A stretch of DNA of 64,000 nt from an uncultured Clostridia bacterium (GTDB lineage: Bacteria > Bacillota > Clostridia > Peptostreptococcales > Anaerovoracaceae), in assembly GCA_937900415.1 (NCBI GenBank), contig CALCEY010000011.1, positions 1,265-65,264 on the forward strand. The letters are read 5' to 3'. Below the pieces are notes generated by a model. It was not told the DNA's origin and did no database searches. It saw only the letters and a list, made by a program, of their open reading frames with translations. The position numbers and the translations under genes were made by a program. This document shows positions 39,921 through 50,521 of the stretch, piece after piece; position 1 is the stretch's first letter, and every line of letters begins with the position of its first letter.

Positions 39921-41078
39921 TTGGATACTTGTAAACACGATGAGTTTTGCGGCGGCTGCATATACCAGGGATTGAGCTACAGCGAACAGCTTGAAATCAA
40001 GCAAAAAGAAGTTTTATCGCTGCTTGAAAAGAAAGGCGTTAAGGTTTGTTTTGCAGATGATATTGAAGGCTGTCTCAATCCTTACCGATACAGAAATAAG
40101 ATGGAATACACCTTCGGCGACTTGATTAAGGGCGGAGAGATGACTCTCGGTATGCACAAGAAGGGCAACTTCATGTCTATAATAACGGTGGATAAATGTC
40201 AGCTGGTGGATGAAGATTTTAACAAAATTCTTTCTTTCACCTTGTCGTTTGCACGGGAAAAGGGATATGAAATTTACAATAAAAAGTCGCATAAAGGACT
40301 GCTTCGCAATCTGATAGTCAGAAAAGGCGTGAGAACGAAGGAGCTTCTTGTAAATATAGTAACGTCATCTGAGGAGGGCTTTGATGAGGACTCTTTCAAA
40401 GACGGCCTTTTAAATCTCAATCTTGATAACAATATCGTAGGCATATTGAGAACCTTTAATGATCGGCTGGCTGACGCTGTAGTATGCGATTCTTTAAAGG
40501 TTATTTACGGAAGAGATTATTATATGGAAAGACTTCTCAATCTTCATTTTAAGGTCAGCGCCTTTTCCTTTTTCCAAACTAATGTGGAAGCGGCAGAAAG
40601 ACTTTACAAGGAAGCTCTTTCTCTGGCAGATGACTTTGAAGGAAAGACGGTTTTCGATTTATATTGCGGAACGGGTACGATAAGCCAGATTCTGGCTCTG
40701 AAGGCTAAAGCTGTACTTGGTATAGAATTGGTTGAAGAAGCGGTAGAAGCTGCTAAAGAAAATGCAAGGCTTAACAGCCTTGACAACTGCCGCTTTATCG
40801 CAGGAGACGTATTCGAGGTTCTTAAGACAGTAGAAGAGAAGCCTGACGTTATAGTGGTAGACCCGCCGAGAGTGGGCATACAGCCGAAAGCCCTTGATAA
40901 GATTATGGATTACGGCGTAGAGGAGATAATATACGTATCCTGCAATCCAAAGACCTTGGCAGACAATATAAAGTACATGGAATATTACGGATATGAGTGC
41001 AGGTATCTTAAACCGTTTGATAACTTTCCGTTTACGAAGCATGTGGAGTGCATAGCGTTGCTACAAAGACGGAAATAG
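39921..41078 (+). CDS. 23S rRNA (uracil-C5)-methyltransferase, TrmA/RlmC/RlmD family (no N-terminal TRAM domain)
   Basis: TTG start 10 nt after AGGAGG. Fe-S Cys motif CKHDEFCGGC. SAM motif DLYCGTGT. VVDPPR. Catalytic YVSCNP. Confidence 0.85.
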   Translation: MDTCKHDEFCGGCIYQGLSYSEQLEIKQKEVLSLLEKKGVKVCFADDIEGCLNPYRYRNKMEYTFGDLIKGGEMTLGMHKKGNFMSIITVDKCQLVDEDFNKILSFTLSFAREKGYEIYNKKSHKGLLRNLIVRKGVRTKELLVNIVTSSEEGFDEDSFKDGLLNLNLDNNIVGILRTFNDRLADAVVCDSLKVIYGRDYYMERLLNLHFKVSAFSFFQTNVEAAERLYKEALSLADDFEGKTVFDLYCGTGTISQILALKAKAVLGIELVEEAVEAAKENARLNSLDNCRFIAGDVFEVLKTVEEKPDVIVVDPPRVGIQPKALDKIMDYGVEEIIYVSCNPKTLADNIKYMEYYGYECRYLKPFDNFPFTKHVECIALLQRRK

Positions 41079-41193
41079 TAAAAATCCTCTGTTTTAAGCA
41101 GTTTTACAGGCGTTTTGTATTTATAGAGGATAAAGACGGAGGCCGAACAAAGCAATGAAAAATTAAATGATTATATGCAAAAAAAATTCAGTT

Positions 41194-41224
41194 AGGTGCG
41201 GTCTTAAGACTGCACCTTTTTTTG
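41194..41224 (+). terminator. Rho-independent terminator after the rRNA methyltransferase gene
   Basis: aggtgcggtctt pairs with aagactgcacct (12 bp, one G-U pair). T7 follows. Confidence 0.75.
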
Positions 41225-41306
41225 ATTTTTACAATGGCCATATATTAGATGACATGTTATAATTATGAAGAAAAAATCCATAATAATGGAGTATAGGAGG
41301 AACATA

Positions 41307-41528
41307 ATGAAGTTTAGTTATAATGGTTTGTGGAAAACTTTAATAGATAAAAATATGAAAAAGAAAGATTTAACCGAACAGATTAGTATATCTCCTACAA
41401 CAATTTCTAAGATGACTAAGGGAGAAGCGGTATCTTTATCTGTTATAGGTAAAATTTGTGTTCTGCTTGGCACAGATGTTGGGGAAATAATCAGTATAGA
41501 TAAAGAAATAACGAAAGGAGAAGAATAA
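41307..41528 (+). CDS. Small XRE-family helix-turn-helix protein (possible controller of the adjacent R-M genes)
   Basis: ATG at 41307 after a TAGGAGG RBS (the track's ATG at 41265 lacks an RBS). HTH signature [33 protein letters not shown]. The stop is 2 nt before the mod start. Confidence 0.7.
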   Translation: MKFSYNGLWKTLIDKNMKKKDLTEQISISPTTISKMTKGEAVSLSVIGKICVLLGTDVGEIISIDKEITKGEE

Positions 41529-41530
41529 AC

Positions 41531-43153
41531 ATGGCTAACTTATCTCAACAAAAGCGTCAAAGAATGATTGAATTTATTGATAAAATAAGAGAAGAACATA
41601 AAGATGATGACGATATGCTGATTGCACTTGGTGAAATTGAAAACGAATTAAATTCTAAAAAATATGGTTTGGTTTGGGAAGAACATGAAGAAGCCGTTGA
41701 TGTATTAATGAAGGATAATATTCCTGTTTTTACTGAATGTTCCGATAAGGAAATTGTTATAGACGAAAGTGGTAAGTTTAATTTTTTATTAGAAGGTGAT
41801 AATTTACATAGCTTAAAATTATTAGAAAAAACTCATGCAGGTAAAATTGATGTGATTTATATCGATCCGCCATATAATACAGGAAATACTTTTATTTATA
41901 ACGATACAATCGTTGGTGAGGACGATGGTTACAAACATAGTAAGTGGGCTTCGTTTATGATAAAACGATTACAAATTGCTAATAAATTATTAGTGGCTGA
42001 AGGAGTTATTTTTATTTCAATAAATGATTATGAGAGCGCTCAATTAAAACTAATATGTGATGAAGTGTTCGGAGAAAACAACTTTATAGGACAACTCACG
42101 TGGGAATCTACAACTCAGCCTACAAATGCAGGCGCAGCTCGTTTTTCATTGCAGAAAAAAGTTGAATCGATATATTGTTATGCAAAAGATAAGAAAAAAA
42201 GAAATGGATTTATTCTTAAAGAAATTGAGTCAGATTTAAAATATCCTCATAATGGTAAATTTGGTGCTTGTCGATTTGAAATTATTGAAAAATCTGATGC
42301 AGGAAATTATAAAAGAAATTCTATGAAATTCCCTATATTAGGAAAATACCCAAGAGAGGGGAAAAGATGGCAAATTGGAGAACAAACAGCTAGAGTGTTA
42401 GAAGAACAAGGAAAATTAGAAATTGTTGATGGCATAGTCAAAAAAGCAGTTTATCCGGAAGATGAAACAGACAAGCGGAAATTCGTACCATTTTGGTCTC
42501 ATTTTCGTGCTGATGAAGTTGGAACAGCTCAAAGCGGAAAAGATGAACTTAATAAAATTCTGAATAGAGCAGTTGGCTTTGATACTGTTAAACCTGTAAG
42601 CTTGATAAAAGAAATACTTAGTCATTTTTCTAAAAACGCGCTTATTTTAGACTTCTTCGCCGGCTCCGGCACAACAGGGCACGCTGTATTAAAACTTAAT
42701 CAAGAAGACGAAGGAAATCGCCAATTTATCCTTTGTACCAATAATGAAAACAATATTTGCAAAGAGATTACCTACGAGCGTATAAAGCGTGTAATAAGCG
42801 GACATAGCGATGTAGAAGGCATACCGGCAAACTTAAAATATTATCGCACTGATTTTGTATCGAAAGATGCAGAAGATGTATCAGAAGAACTTTTATCTCA
42901 TATTAAAGAAATGATTCAGCTCGAACATGGAATTCAAGTTGACGGTAGTAAGTATTTAATATTACTAAAAGATGAAGATGCTGATAAGTTAGAGCAAAAA
43001 TGGGATGAATATATCGAAATTAAGGCATTATATGTATCAAGAAATGTGCTTTTCACCACTAAACAAAATACTCTTTTTAAAAATATTGAAATACATATTA
43101 TTCCGGATGATTACTTTAAGTTTGAATTACAGGAGGTGGGTGAAGCATGGTAA
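41531..43153 (+). CDS. mod: Type III-like restriction-modification methyltransferase (Mod; beta-class N6A/N4C MTase)
   Basis: KYGLVWEE N-terminal motif. Motif [12 protein letters not shown] precedes motif [15 protein letters not shown] (beta-class order). Variable region between them. FILCTNNEN. Confidence 0.85.
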   Translation: MANLSQQKRQRMIEFIDKIREEHKDDDDMLIALGEIENELNSKKYGLVWEEHEEAVDVLMKDNIPVFTECSDKEIVIDESGKFNFLLEGDNLHSLKLLEKTHAGKIDVIYIDPPYNTGNTFIYNDTIVGEDDGYKHSKWASFMIKRLQIANKLLVAEGVIFISINDYESAQLKLICDEVFGENNFIGQLTWESTTQPTNAGAARFSLQKKVESIYCYAKDKKKRNGFILKEIESDLKYPHNGKFGACRFEIIEKSDAGNYKRNSMKFPILGKYPREGKRWQIGEQTARVLEEQGKLEIVDGIVKKAVYPEDETDKRKFVPFWSHFRADEVGTAQSGKDELNKILNRAVGFDTVKPVSLIKEILSHFSKNALILDFFAGSGTTGHAVLKLNQEDEGNRQFILCTNNENNICKEITYERIKRVISGHSDVEGIPANLKYYRTDFVSKDAEDVSEELLSHIKEMIQLEHGIQVDGSKYLILLKDEDADKLEQKWDEYIEIKALYVSRNVLFTTKQNTLFKNIEIHIIPDDYFKFELQEVGEAW

Positions 43154-45360
43154 ATTCAGGATTATCAATTAACCTATTCGATTTTCAAGAGCAAGCAATT
43201 ATGAAATTAATTGATCTTACATCAAAAGCAGATAGTAAGCAAACAATTGTAATGAAAGCACCTACCGGTTCCGGTAAAACGATTATACTTATTGATTATA
43301 TTGATACATATTTAACTAATATCAGCGATAATACAGCATTTATATGGTTATGCCCGGGTAAAGGAAATCTTGAGGAGCAGAGCAGAGAAAAAATGATGAA
43401 ATTTGCTCCGGGGAGAGTAACGCAAAATTTATTTGATGCATTATTAAATGGATTTACTCCGGGCAGCACAACATTCATAAACTGGGAACTTGTAACTAAA
43501 CGGGGAAATACAGCTATTCGTGATAGTGAAAGAAAAAATTTATTTGATCGGATTGCAGATGCTTACCGCTTAGGTATGGAATTTATAGTGATTATTGATG
43601 AGGAACATTCTAATAATACTGCTAAAGCAAAAAATATTATTGACGCTTTTGCTTCAAAGAATATAGTTCGTGTAAGTGCTACTGCAATAGAAAATAAGCG
43701 TTATGAATTTTTTGAAATTGATGAAGTTGATGTTATAGGTGCAGGCCTTATTACAAAAGCGCTTTATGTCAATGAGGGTATAGAAGATAATATTGAAATT
43801 ACTGATGACTATGATTATCTTCTTGAGCTTGCAGACGAAAAACGCAAAGCTATTTCAGATAGATATAAGGAAATTGGTAAAAACATTCGACCTTTAGTAC
43901 TAATCCAATTTCCTAACGGGCAACCTGAAACGATTGTTGCAGTTGAACAAAAATTAGAATCAATGGGTTATTCTTATGATAATGGTATGGTTAGTAAATG
44001 GATGAGTGAAGATAAAAAGGACTTGCCGGATAATCTGACGGAAAATGATGGTATACCTGTTTTTCTTCTGATGAAGCAAGCTATCAGTACCGGATGGGAT
44101 TGTCCTCGTGCTAAAATACTTGTAAAGCTTCGTGAAGGTATGAGTGAAAGCTTTGAAATACAGACTATCGGGCGTATTCGTCGTATGCCGGAAGCGAAGC
44201 ATTATGAAGATGATTTATTGGATTTTTGCTATGTATATACTTTTGATGAGAAATATAAAGCGGGGCTTTTGTCTGAAATGGATAAAGCTTATGAAACTCG
44301 TAGACTATTCTTGAAAGATAAATGTAAAACTTTTACTTTAGAAAAAGAACTGCGAGATTTAGATTTTAATGGCTTAGGTGAACGTGAAGTTTTATTAAAA
44401 ATATATGATTCGTTAATTGATAAATACGGATTAACCAATAGTATTGCAGATAATAAATTGCGTTTACAGGCAGCCGGCTATAGCTTCGGTGATGAAATTA
44501 TAGGTCGTGCTTTACATGGAGAATTTGTGCGTACTGATATGATATCGGAAAGTAAAAGTTTTTATACTACTCGTAAACGAGTTAATACGCATAAACATGG
44601 CATAGAATTGCTTCATTCTGTAGATGCAATCAAAAGTATTGTCGGTATGACGACAGCTAAAGTAAAAACTATATTAGAGCGTCTTTTTCGTAAGGGAGGA
44701 TCTAAATATAAAAAGATATTATCACTAGAAACAAAAGAATTCTATGCGTTTGTAATTAACAACGAACATTTATTAAAAGAGGAATTTCGTGAAGTAACAG
44801 CTACCATGAGTCAGCAAATTAATCTGGTTCTTAGTCCTAAAAAAGCCGTTTTCCGTATACCTGAACAAGATTTTTATAAATATGATCCGGGAGTAAAGAA
44901 TGAAACTGAATATTTAAGTAATGCATATCATGAATATACTTCCGGATATGCAACAAGCCTTGTGAGAAGCACTTCGGAAATGTTATTTGAACAATATTGT
45001 GAAACACGAGATGATATCGAGTGGGTTTATAAAAACGGAGATGCAGGGCAACAATATTTCTCTATTGTGTACATGGACGGGCTTCAAAATCAGTGGCTGT
45101 TTTATGCCGATTATATTGTAATGAAAGAAGATGGTACTGTTTGGATTATAGAAACTAAAGGCGGAGAAGCCGGGGGTAAAAATAAAAATATAGATAGACA
45201 GATTGAAAATAAATTTAATGCATTCAAATATTATGCGAAAGAACATTCATTGCATTGGGGATTTGTTCGTGATAAAGATAATAAACTTTATATAAATAAT
45301 ACCCAGTTCACTCATGAAATGTCTGATGAGCATTGGATAGCATTGGAAGACGAGTTTTAA
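43147..45360 (+). CDS. res: Type III-like restriction subunit (Res): SF2 helicase + C-terminal PD-(D/E)xK nuclease
   Basis: ATGGTAA overlap with mod. Helicase motifs [47 protein letters not shown]-terminal [15 protein letters not shown] nuclease motif. Confidence 0.8.
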   Translation: MVNSGLSINLFDFQEQAIMKLIDLTSKADSKQTIVMKAPTGSGKTIILIDYIDTYLTNISDNTAFIWLCPGKGNLEEQSREKMMKFAPGRVTQNLFDALLNGFTPGSTTFINWELVTKRGNTAIRDSERKNLFDRIADAYRLGMEFIVIIDEEHSNNTAKAKNIIDAFASKNIVRVSATAIENKRYEFFEIDEVDVIGAGLITKALYVNEGIEDNIEITDDYDYLLELADEKRKAISDRYKEIGKNIRPLVLIQFPNGQPETIVAVEQKLESMGYSYDNGMVSKWMSEDKKDLPDNLTENDGIPVFLLMKQAISTGWDCPRAKILVKLREGMSESFEIQTIGRIRRMPEAKHYEDDLLDFCYVYTFDEKYKAGLLSEMDKAYETRRLFLKDKCKTFTLEKELRDLDFNGLGEREVLLKIYDSLIDKYGLTNSIADNKLRLQAAGYSFGDEIIGRALHGEFVRTDMISESKSFYTTRKRVNTHKHGIELLHSVDAIKSIVGMTTAKVKTILERLFRKGGSKYKKILSLETKEFYAFVINNEHLLKEEFREVTATMSQQINLVLSPKKAVFRIPEQDFYKYDPGVKNETEYLSNAYHEYTSGYATSLVRSTSEMLFEQYCETRDDIEWVYKNGDAGQQYFSIVYMDGLQNQWLFYADYIVMKEDGTVWIIETKGGEAGGKNKNIDRQIENKFNAFKYYAKEHSLHWGFVRDKDNKLYINNTQFTHEMSDEHWIALEDEF

Positions 45361-45503
45361 TTATTTCATCTTTATTTGTAACAAAAAACTTCAACAGAGG
45401 TAAAATGCTGACAATAAAATCTTGTAATTTATAAATTATAATTTTATAATAAGGATAACTGATAAATATTCTAAAAACTGTAGTATTTTTAAAGGAGGTA
45501 GAG

Positions 45504-46343
45504 GTGAATATGATAAAAAGCAGGAAATTTTTTGTATTTTTCCTGAGTTGTCTCATGGTATTGATGATGATACCTGTAACTGCCTTTGCAGGAGATGCGG
45601 CAACTCCTAAAAATGGTACGACAATAACGAAAAATACTACGCAGGCAGAATTAGATGCTTGGGCCGGAGAAGGAGCGCTGACAATAGAAACCGTTGACGG
45701 CGCTACTGTGGTAACCCTGCAAAAGGATATAAAAATGGGCAAAACAGGAGGAAATCCCAATAAGTCTGTTACGCCTATCAATTTTGGCAAGCATCCTGAT
45801 TCTGCCAACGATAAAATGATTCTGGATCTAAATGGACATAATATTTCATCCGACACGATGACGATTGTAAGCGTTTGTGACCTTACTATCAAAGACAGCA
45901 TAGGTACCGGCAGCGTATATATGGATACAAGCGATTCAAAAGCCCAGGCGTTCGGCGCTGTTGTAAACCAAAGGAAGCTTACTATTGAAGGCGGAACCTT
46001 TGAAGCTAAGATTCATCCGGATAATAAAACCGTGGGAGTTGTGAGCTCTGCGGTTGCAGATGTGGAGACCGTTATTGACGGCGGAAAGTTTATCGGAAGC
46101 GGCAGCGCTGTATATGTTTCAAGCGGAACGATAACTATCAAAGGCGGAGAATTTGAAGGAACAAATTATGGAATCATAGCAAACGGAAAAGCCGGAGTTG
46201 TTATTCCTGAGGATTCCAAGGCTGTTGTTACTTCAGGCTCCTTTCCTATCGTAGTAGGAAAAAGCGGAGATAATACAGGAAGCTTCAAGATAAGCGGCGG
46301 TACATTTAATGGTACGGATACAACTTCTTTGGTAGGAGTATAG
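45504..46343 (+). CDS. Secreted surface protein, N-terminal fragment (beta-helix-like GGxF repeats); probably part of a frameshifted gene
   Basis: AAAGGAGG RBS. Signal peptide FFVFFLSCLMVLMMIPVTAFAG. Repeats GGTFEAK, GGKFIGSG, GGEFEGT, GGTFNGT. Ends at TAG 46341-46343, while the -1 frame is open from 46310. Confidence 0.6.
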   Translation: MNMIKSRKFFVFFLSCLMVLMMIPVTAFAGDAATPKNGTTITKNTTQAELDAWAGEGALTIETVDGATVVTLQKDIKMGKTGGNPNKSVTPINFGKHPDSANDKMILDLNGHNISSDTMTIVSVCDLTIKDSIGTGSVYMDTSDSKAQAFGAVVNQRKLTIEGGTFEAKIHPDNKTVGVVSSAVADVETVIDGGKFIGSGSAVYVSSGTITIKGGEFEGTNYGIIANGKAGVVIPEDSKAVVTSGSFPIVVGKSGDNTGSFKISGGTFNGTDTTSLVGV

Positions 46344-46366
46344 GTAAACCTAATGCCGTTGCAGCT

Positions 46367-47224
46367 GTGAATATCGAGGGCGGCACCTTTACGCAGGATC
46401 CGGGAGCTTATACAGGCGACAATCCTGTTGCAAAGATAGGAGGAGAATTTGTCTCAGGAGAAAACTTTATAAAATCTGCGGTTAAGAATGTTGAGAACGG
46501 AGATACCGTAGAAGTAACAAAGGGAGATATCGACCTTACCGAAGTTCCTGACGGCGTTACGGTTAAAAATTCCGGCGAAGGCAGCGTAAGCGTTAACGGA
46601 GATGCTGTGAAACCTTCAGAATCGCAGACGGCTCATACTCATGTATGGGGAAATCCTGTATTTACATGGAGTGATGATTATAAAACATGTACTGCAAAAC
46701 GCACATGTGTCAAAGACGCAGAACATGTTGAAACTGCCAGTGCAGTTATCACATCATCAATAAAAACTCCTGCCACCTGCACACAGAAAGGCGTGACCGC
46801 ATATACAGCCAAAGCTGTATTTGACGGAACGGAATATACTGATGAGAAAAATGCAGCGGATATTCCGGTTATTGCCCATACTTGCGAAAAAATAAAAGGC
46901 AAGGCGGCAACGTGTACTGAAGACGGCTGGAAGTCGTATTATCACTGCGATATATGTGACAAATACTTTGAAGATGCAGAAGGCTTTAAAGAGATAACAG
47001 ACCTTGCTGCATGGAAAAAGGATGCCGGCAAAGTTGATAAGACGGGACACATCTACAAGGACGGAATTTGCTCAGTATGCGGACAAAAAGAAATCGGATA
47101 TGTAAGCGAAGAACCGAAGACAGGCGATGACAGCAATGTGGTTTTGTGGGTTGTATTGATGCTTGCGGCAGGCCTTGGAATAGGCGGCGTTGCGTATAGC
47201 AAGAGAAGAAAAGACGAAAAATAA
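46367..47224 (+). CDS. Surface protein, C-terminal fragment (Cys-rich module, PxTG-type sorting signal)
   Basis: Continues the GGTF repeat (NIEGGTFTQ). Cys-rich region (TCTAKRTC.., ATCTQKG.., HTCEKIKGKAATCTEDGW..YHCDICDKY.., GICSVCGQ). C-terminal EPKTGD + hydrophobic VVLWVVLMLAAGLGIGGVAY + SKRRKDEK. Confidence 0.6.
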   Translation: MNIEGGTFTQDPGAYTGDNPVAKIGGEFVSGENFIKSAVKNVENGDTVEVTKGDIDLTEVPDGVTVKNSGEGSVSVNGDAVKPSESQTAHTHVWGNPVFTWSDDYKTCTAKRTCVKDAEHVETASAVITSSIKTPATCTQKGVTAYTAKAVFDGTEYTDEKNAADIPVIAHTCEKIKGKAATCTEDGWKSYYHCDICDKYFEDAEGFKEITDLAAWKKDAGKVDKTGHIYKDGICSVCGQKEIGYVSEEPKTGDDSNVVLWVVLMLAAGLGIGGVAYSKRRKDEK

Positions 47225-47394
47225 ACAAGAAAAGAAAACGGAGCTTAAGAGCTTGCCTGTCCATATGAAGGAACAGTAGACAGTCGTCTTTGACGGCAAG
47301 TCTATTTTGGCAGTTAGTATCTATCCTTTGGAGCCGCATAGTTATTGTGCAGAAAATGATCTGTTTTACAGTGAGAGGAATAGCTGCGACACAC

Positions 47395-47422
47395 GCCCGC
47401 GCCTACAGGCGCGGGCTTTTCT
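47395..47422 (+). terminator. Rho-independent terminator downstream of the surface-protein gene
   Basis: gcccgcgcc (47395-47403) pairs with ggcgcgggc (47408-47416), with loop taca. TTTTCTT follows. Confidence 0.65.
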
Positions 47423-47539
47423 TATTGGGCTATAAGCCCTGCCGCTCATGCAGGAACGTGAACTTGCAAATAAGTCGCCGGCTGTGTGCAATAGTAAAAT
47501 AAAGGTATACACATGGAAAATCATCATATATCTACCTTT

Positions 47540-48110
47540 TTTTCATATTAAACATAAAACAAAAGGATATCACTATTTTGGCAACTTGATTCGCAATGAA
47601 ACCGGTTGGGTATTCTCGGATAGCTTGGCGCATAAATACTGTAAATTAACAGGAATACGTTCTAAAATAAATAGAGAAAGAAAAGTCGCAGGAAAGAACA
47701 TATTAAATTTACTGACACAGTTAAAGAAAATTGGAATACAGCAAAACCTTTTGAAATAGTGACGTCAGATATGACTTGTATTATGGATAAAGACACTCGA
47801 TGGGAATGGACTTATCTTTTAGACGTGTTTAACAATGAGATTATTGCAAGCCTTGCTGTATATAAAATCGGAAGAAGTTTGCCGTATTATAATTGTTTGG
47901 AATGTTTTATACAAAAAAGAAAGAGCAGACCTATCCGCTAAACCTTCATACCGGATAAGGCAGCGCCTACTTATCAGAAAGTTTTTATCAAATCTATAAA
48001 GATTTTTAGAAATATTAAGCGTTCTATGCCAAGAGCAAAAACACTGACAGATAATCCGGTTATTGAATTTATGAACGGCCGGATAATTGTAAGAAACATT
48101 GTCCCGCTAT
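47540..48110 (+). pseudogene. IS3-family transposase (orfB/integrase) remnant, multiply frameshifted and internally deleted
   Basis: Fragments in three frames resemble IS3/IS150 OrfB. KGYHYFGNLIRNETGWVFSDSLAHKYCKLTGIRSK matches the GYRR..L...G..V..K.V.RLM..LGL pattern. NTAKPFEIVTSDMTCI matches the ..KPN..WVTDITY pattern. YLLDVFNNEIIAS is a further match. SMPRAKTLTDNPVIEFMNGRI matches the SMSRKGNCYDNA.IESF pattern. No orfA and no DDE-complete frame. Confidence 0.6.
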
Positions 48111-49049
48111 AAAAAGAGAGTTTTATATGAAACGATTTTGCATTATTGCTTTTTCAGCCCAATGCTTTTGACATCCGGTTGCTCAAATACTGTGGGAAAT
48201 ATTCTTGATACTGCAAAGTATATTATTCTAAACTCATATTTTGATTTCACAGGAACATCGGCAGCAGAGACTGGCGAGAGCTTAAATGAGCAACTTGGTT
48301 TGGAAGCGATTACTGTACGGCCACAGCAGAGACTGAGGAAGGCGTATTGCCTGAGTTTACAACAGAGCAGCAGGATAATTTGGTATAAATAAACAATGAC
48401 TATATTGACCAAATGATTGAAGATTTTCTCGACAACAACAGTAACGATGAGTTTAAAGCAGATGATACATAGAGCTTTATTTCGATGAAAAAATTTAGAT
48501 GCGGCTGCAAGTGATAACGGTTTTAGTATTGCCTCAGGATACGTACTTAATTCTATTTTACTTAACAATGAAACGGATTGGGACGTTAAAGTTACTATTT
48601 TTAATTGCCATACGTATAAGTAGGTAATCTCGGTGGATATTCCGAAAGAAACAAGCTCATACGGTGCAGCAGAATGACAGCAGAACTACGTTAAATAAAG
48701 CTTTGCGTGACTTGCAAAATTTAAATCGGCTTATTTTCTTTTCTGCTGCGATATTGAAAACGCCGTTATACAAACGCTAAGAAATGATTATGCCTGTTGA
48801 CATAAAGACGCTTTTCTGATACTATGCTATTTAATTATTATGTAAGGGGAAATATTGATATGGAAGACAGTTCAGAAGGAGACGGGAACAGTATAATAAA
48901 AACAATTGTAAAAGTTAAGCTTTTTAGAAGGTATTGTAATCTGCGTATTTAGTGACAGCGGATTGCAGTGCCTTTTTGTGGTTTTTGCAGAAATAAAGAA
49001 AAGGATATGTAAAACCGCAGATTAAAATTTATGGACAGGAGAAAAACAG

Positions 49050-50360
49050 ATGAACGCTGTAATTTTACTTTTAATTTTAATAGGGCTGAACGCTGTGTTT
49101 GCTGCAACTGAGATAGCAGTAATATCAATGAATGACGTTAAGCTCAAAAAAATGGCTGAGGAGGGAAATAAAAAGGCGGTAAGGCTCGTTACGCTGACAG
49201 AGCAGCCGGCACGTTTCCTTGCCACGATACAAGTTGCGATAACTCTTGCAGGACTCTTACAAAGTGCAGTGGCCGCAGAGACCTTTGCCGACCTCATAGT
49301 TATAAGGCTTATCGAAGCGGGAGTTGCAATTTCGCCGGCAGTACTGAAGGCAGCGGCCATAATAGTTATTACTTTGATATTGGCGTATTTTACACTGGTT
49401 TTCGGAGAGCTGGTGCCTAAGAGAGTGGCCATGAAAAAATCAGAAGGAATAGCCCTGGGAATGTCGGGAGCACTGTATTTCGTAGCCAAGATATTCGCGC
49501 CTATAGTATGGCTCTTAACTGCTTCTACAAATTTTATTCTCAGACTTTTGAGAATAAATCCGGAGGAAGAGGACAGTACCGTTACCGAAGAATCAATAAA
49601 GATGATGCTGGCCGAGGGCAAGGAGAAAGGCGTTATTCAGCCTGAGGAAGATGAGATTATACAGAATATATTTGAATTCGACGATATTACGGCCGAAGAA
49701 ATGTGCACCCACAGGCGCGATGTCATATCTCTGAGCCTTTCAGACGATATGGAAGAATGGAAGGAGACCATAAGAGAAAGCAGGCATACAAAATATCCTG
49801 TCTGCGGAGACAGCTTAGACGACATAATAGGTATTATGGACACCAAGAGCTATTTCCTTTATCCTGAAAAAGAACAACAGAAGATAATAGATAACATAGT
49901 TGAAAAGGCTATGCTTGTGCCGGAGAGTATGAAGGCAAACAGCCTTTTCAGAAAGATGCAGGAAAGCAGAGAATATTTCGCCGTGGTTATAGATGAGTAC
50001 GGCGGCATGTCAGGGATCGTTACCCTCCATGATATAATGGAAGCTCTCCTCGGAGACCTTTCCGAAAAGGAAAGTCCTGTAAAGCCTGAGGAAATAGAGA
50101 AGTTGACGGAAGGCAAATTCAGAATACAAGGATATGCTGACTTGGAGGATGTTTCAGAAGCGCTTGAGATGGAGCTGCCTACAAACGTATATGATACCTT
50201 CAGCGGCTTCATATGCGGAATCATAGGACGTATACCTGAAGAAGGAGAGGCCTTTCAATGCAGCTGGAAAAATTGTCTCATAACGGTTCATGACGTGCAG
50301 CATCATATTGTGCAGAGCGCAATTATAGAACTCGTTTACGAAGAGGAGAAAGAGGATTAA
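49050..50360 (+). CDS. CNNM/HlyC-CorC family transporter (DUF21 + CBS pair + CorC_HlyC domain)
   Basis: GGAGAAAAA RBS. Four-TM DUF21 N-terminus (..LVFGELVPKR..). CBS pair (..TAEEMCTHRRDV.., ..EYFAVVIDEYGGMSGIVTLHDIMEAL.). C-terminal CorC domain. Confidence 0.88.
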   Translation: MNAVILLLILIGLNAVFAATEIAVISMNDVKLKKMAEEGNKKAVRLVTLTEQPARFLATIQVAITLAGLLQSAVAAETFADLIVIRLIEAGVAISPAVLKAAAIIVITLILAYFTLVFGELVPKRVAMKKSEGIALGMSGALYFVAKIFAPIVWLLTASTNFILRLLRINPEEEDSTVTEESIKMMLAEGKEKGVIQPEEDEIIQNIFEFDDITAEEMCTHRRDVISLSLSDDMEEWKETIRESRHTKYPVCGDSLDDIIGIMDTKSYFLYPEKEQQKIIDNIVEKAMLVPESMKANSLFRKMQESREYFAVVIDEYGGMSGIVTLHDIMEALLGDLSEKESPVKPEEIEKLTEGKFRIQGYADLEDVSEALEMELPTNVYDTFSGFICGIIGRIPEEGEAFQCSWKNCLITVHDVQHHIVQSAIIELVYEEEKED

Positions 50361-50426
50361 ATTAAAGCTATTTGCTGATGGCTTATTAAAATAATATTCT
50401 CAGCATATAACGAAATATAACGAAAA

Positions 50427-50480
50427 GGCGGATGAAGAACAGGTTTTGTGGGAATCTCATTTCTTCATCCACCTTTTTTT
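50427..50480. terminator. Terminator hairpin between convergent genes
   Basis: ggcggatgaagaa (50427-50439) pairs with ttcttcatccacc (50461-50473), with one mismatch. T7 follows. Confidence 0.65.
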
Positions 50481-50521
50481 CAATGTGATATATATACTTT
50501 CTATATGTCGACAGAATAGTT

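Noticed and set aside
41531-43153. Phase-variable simple-sequence repeat in the Type III-like mod gene (phasevarion).
   Set aside because: Only short homopolymers are present (A7 near 42190). There are no tetra- or pentanucleotide tracts of the kind that drive mod switching.
47448-47941. ORFs 47448-47759 and 47759-47941 treated as intact small genes.
   Set aside because: Their translations are consecutive pieces of one IS3-family integrase interrupted by stops and frameshifts. They are treated as a pseudogene remnant.
48830-49049. Possible riboswitch or leader upstream of the CNNM/CorC-type transporter (local pairings such as gtaatctgcg / cgcagattaa and ggtttt / aaaacc).
   Set aside because: I could not match it to the conserved cores of M-box, yybP-ykoY or other metal riboswitches I know. 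The pairings are short and could be fortuitous. A cmscan would be needed.
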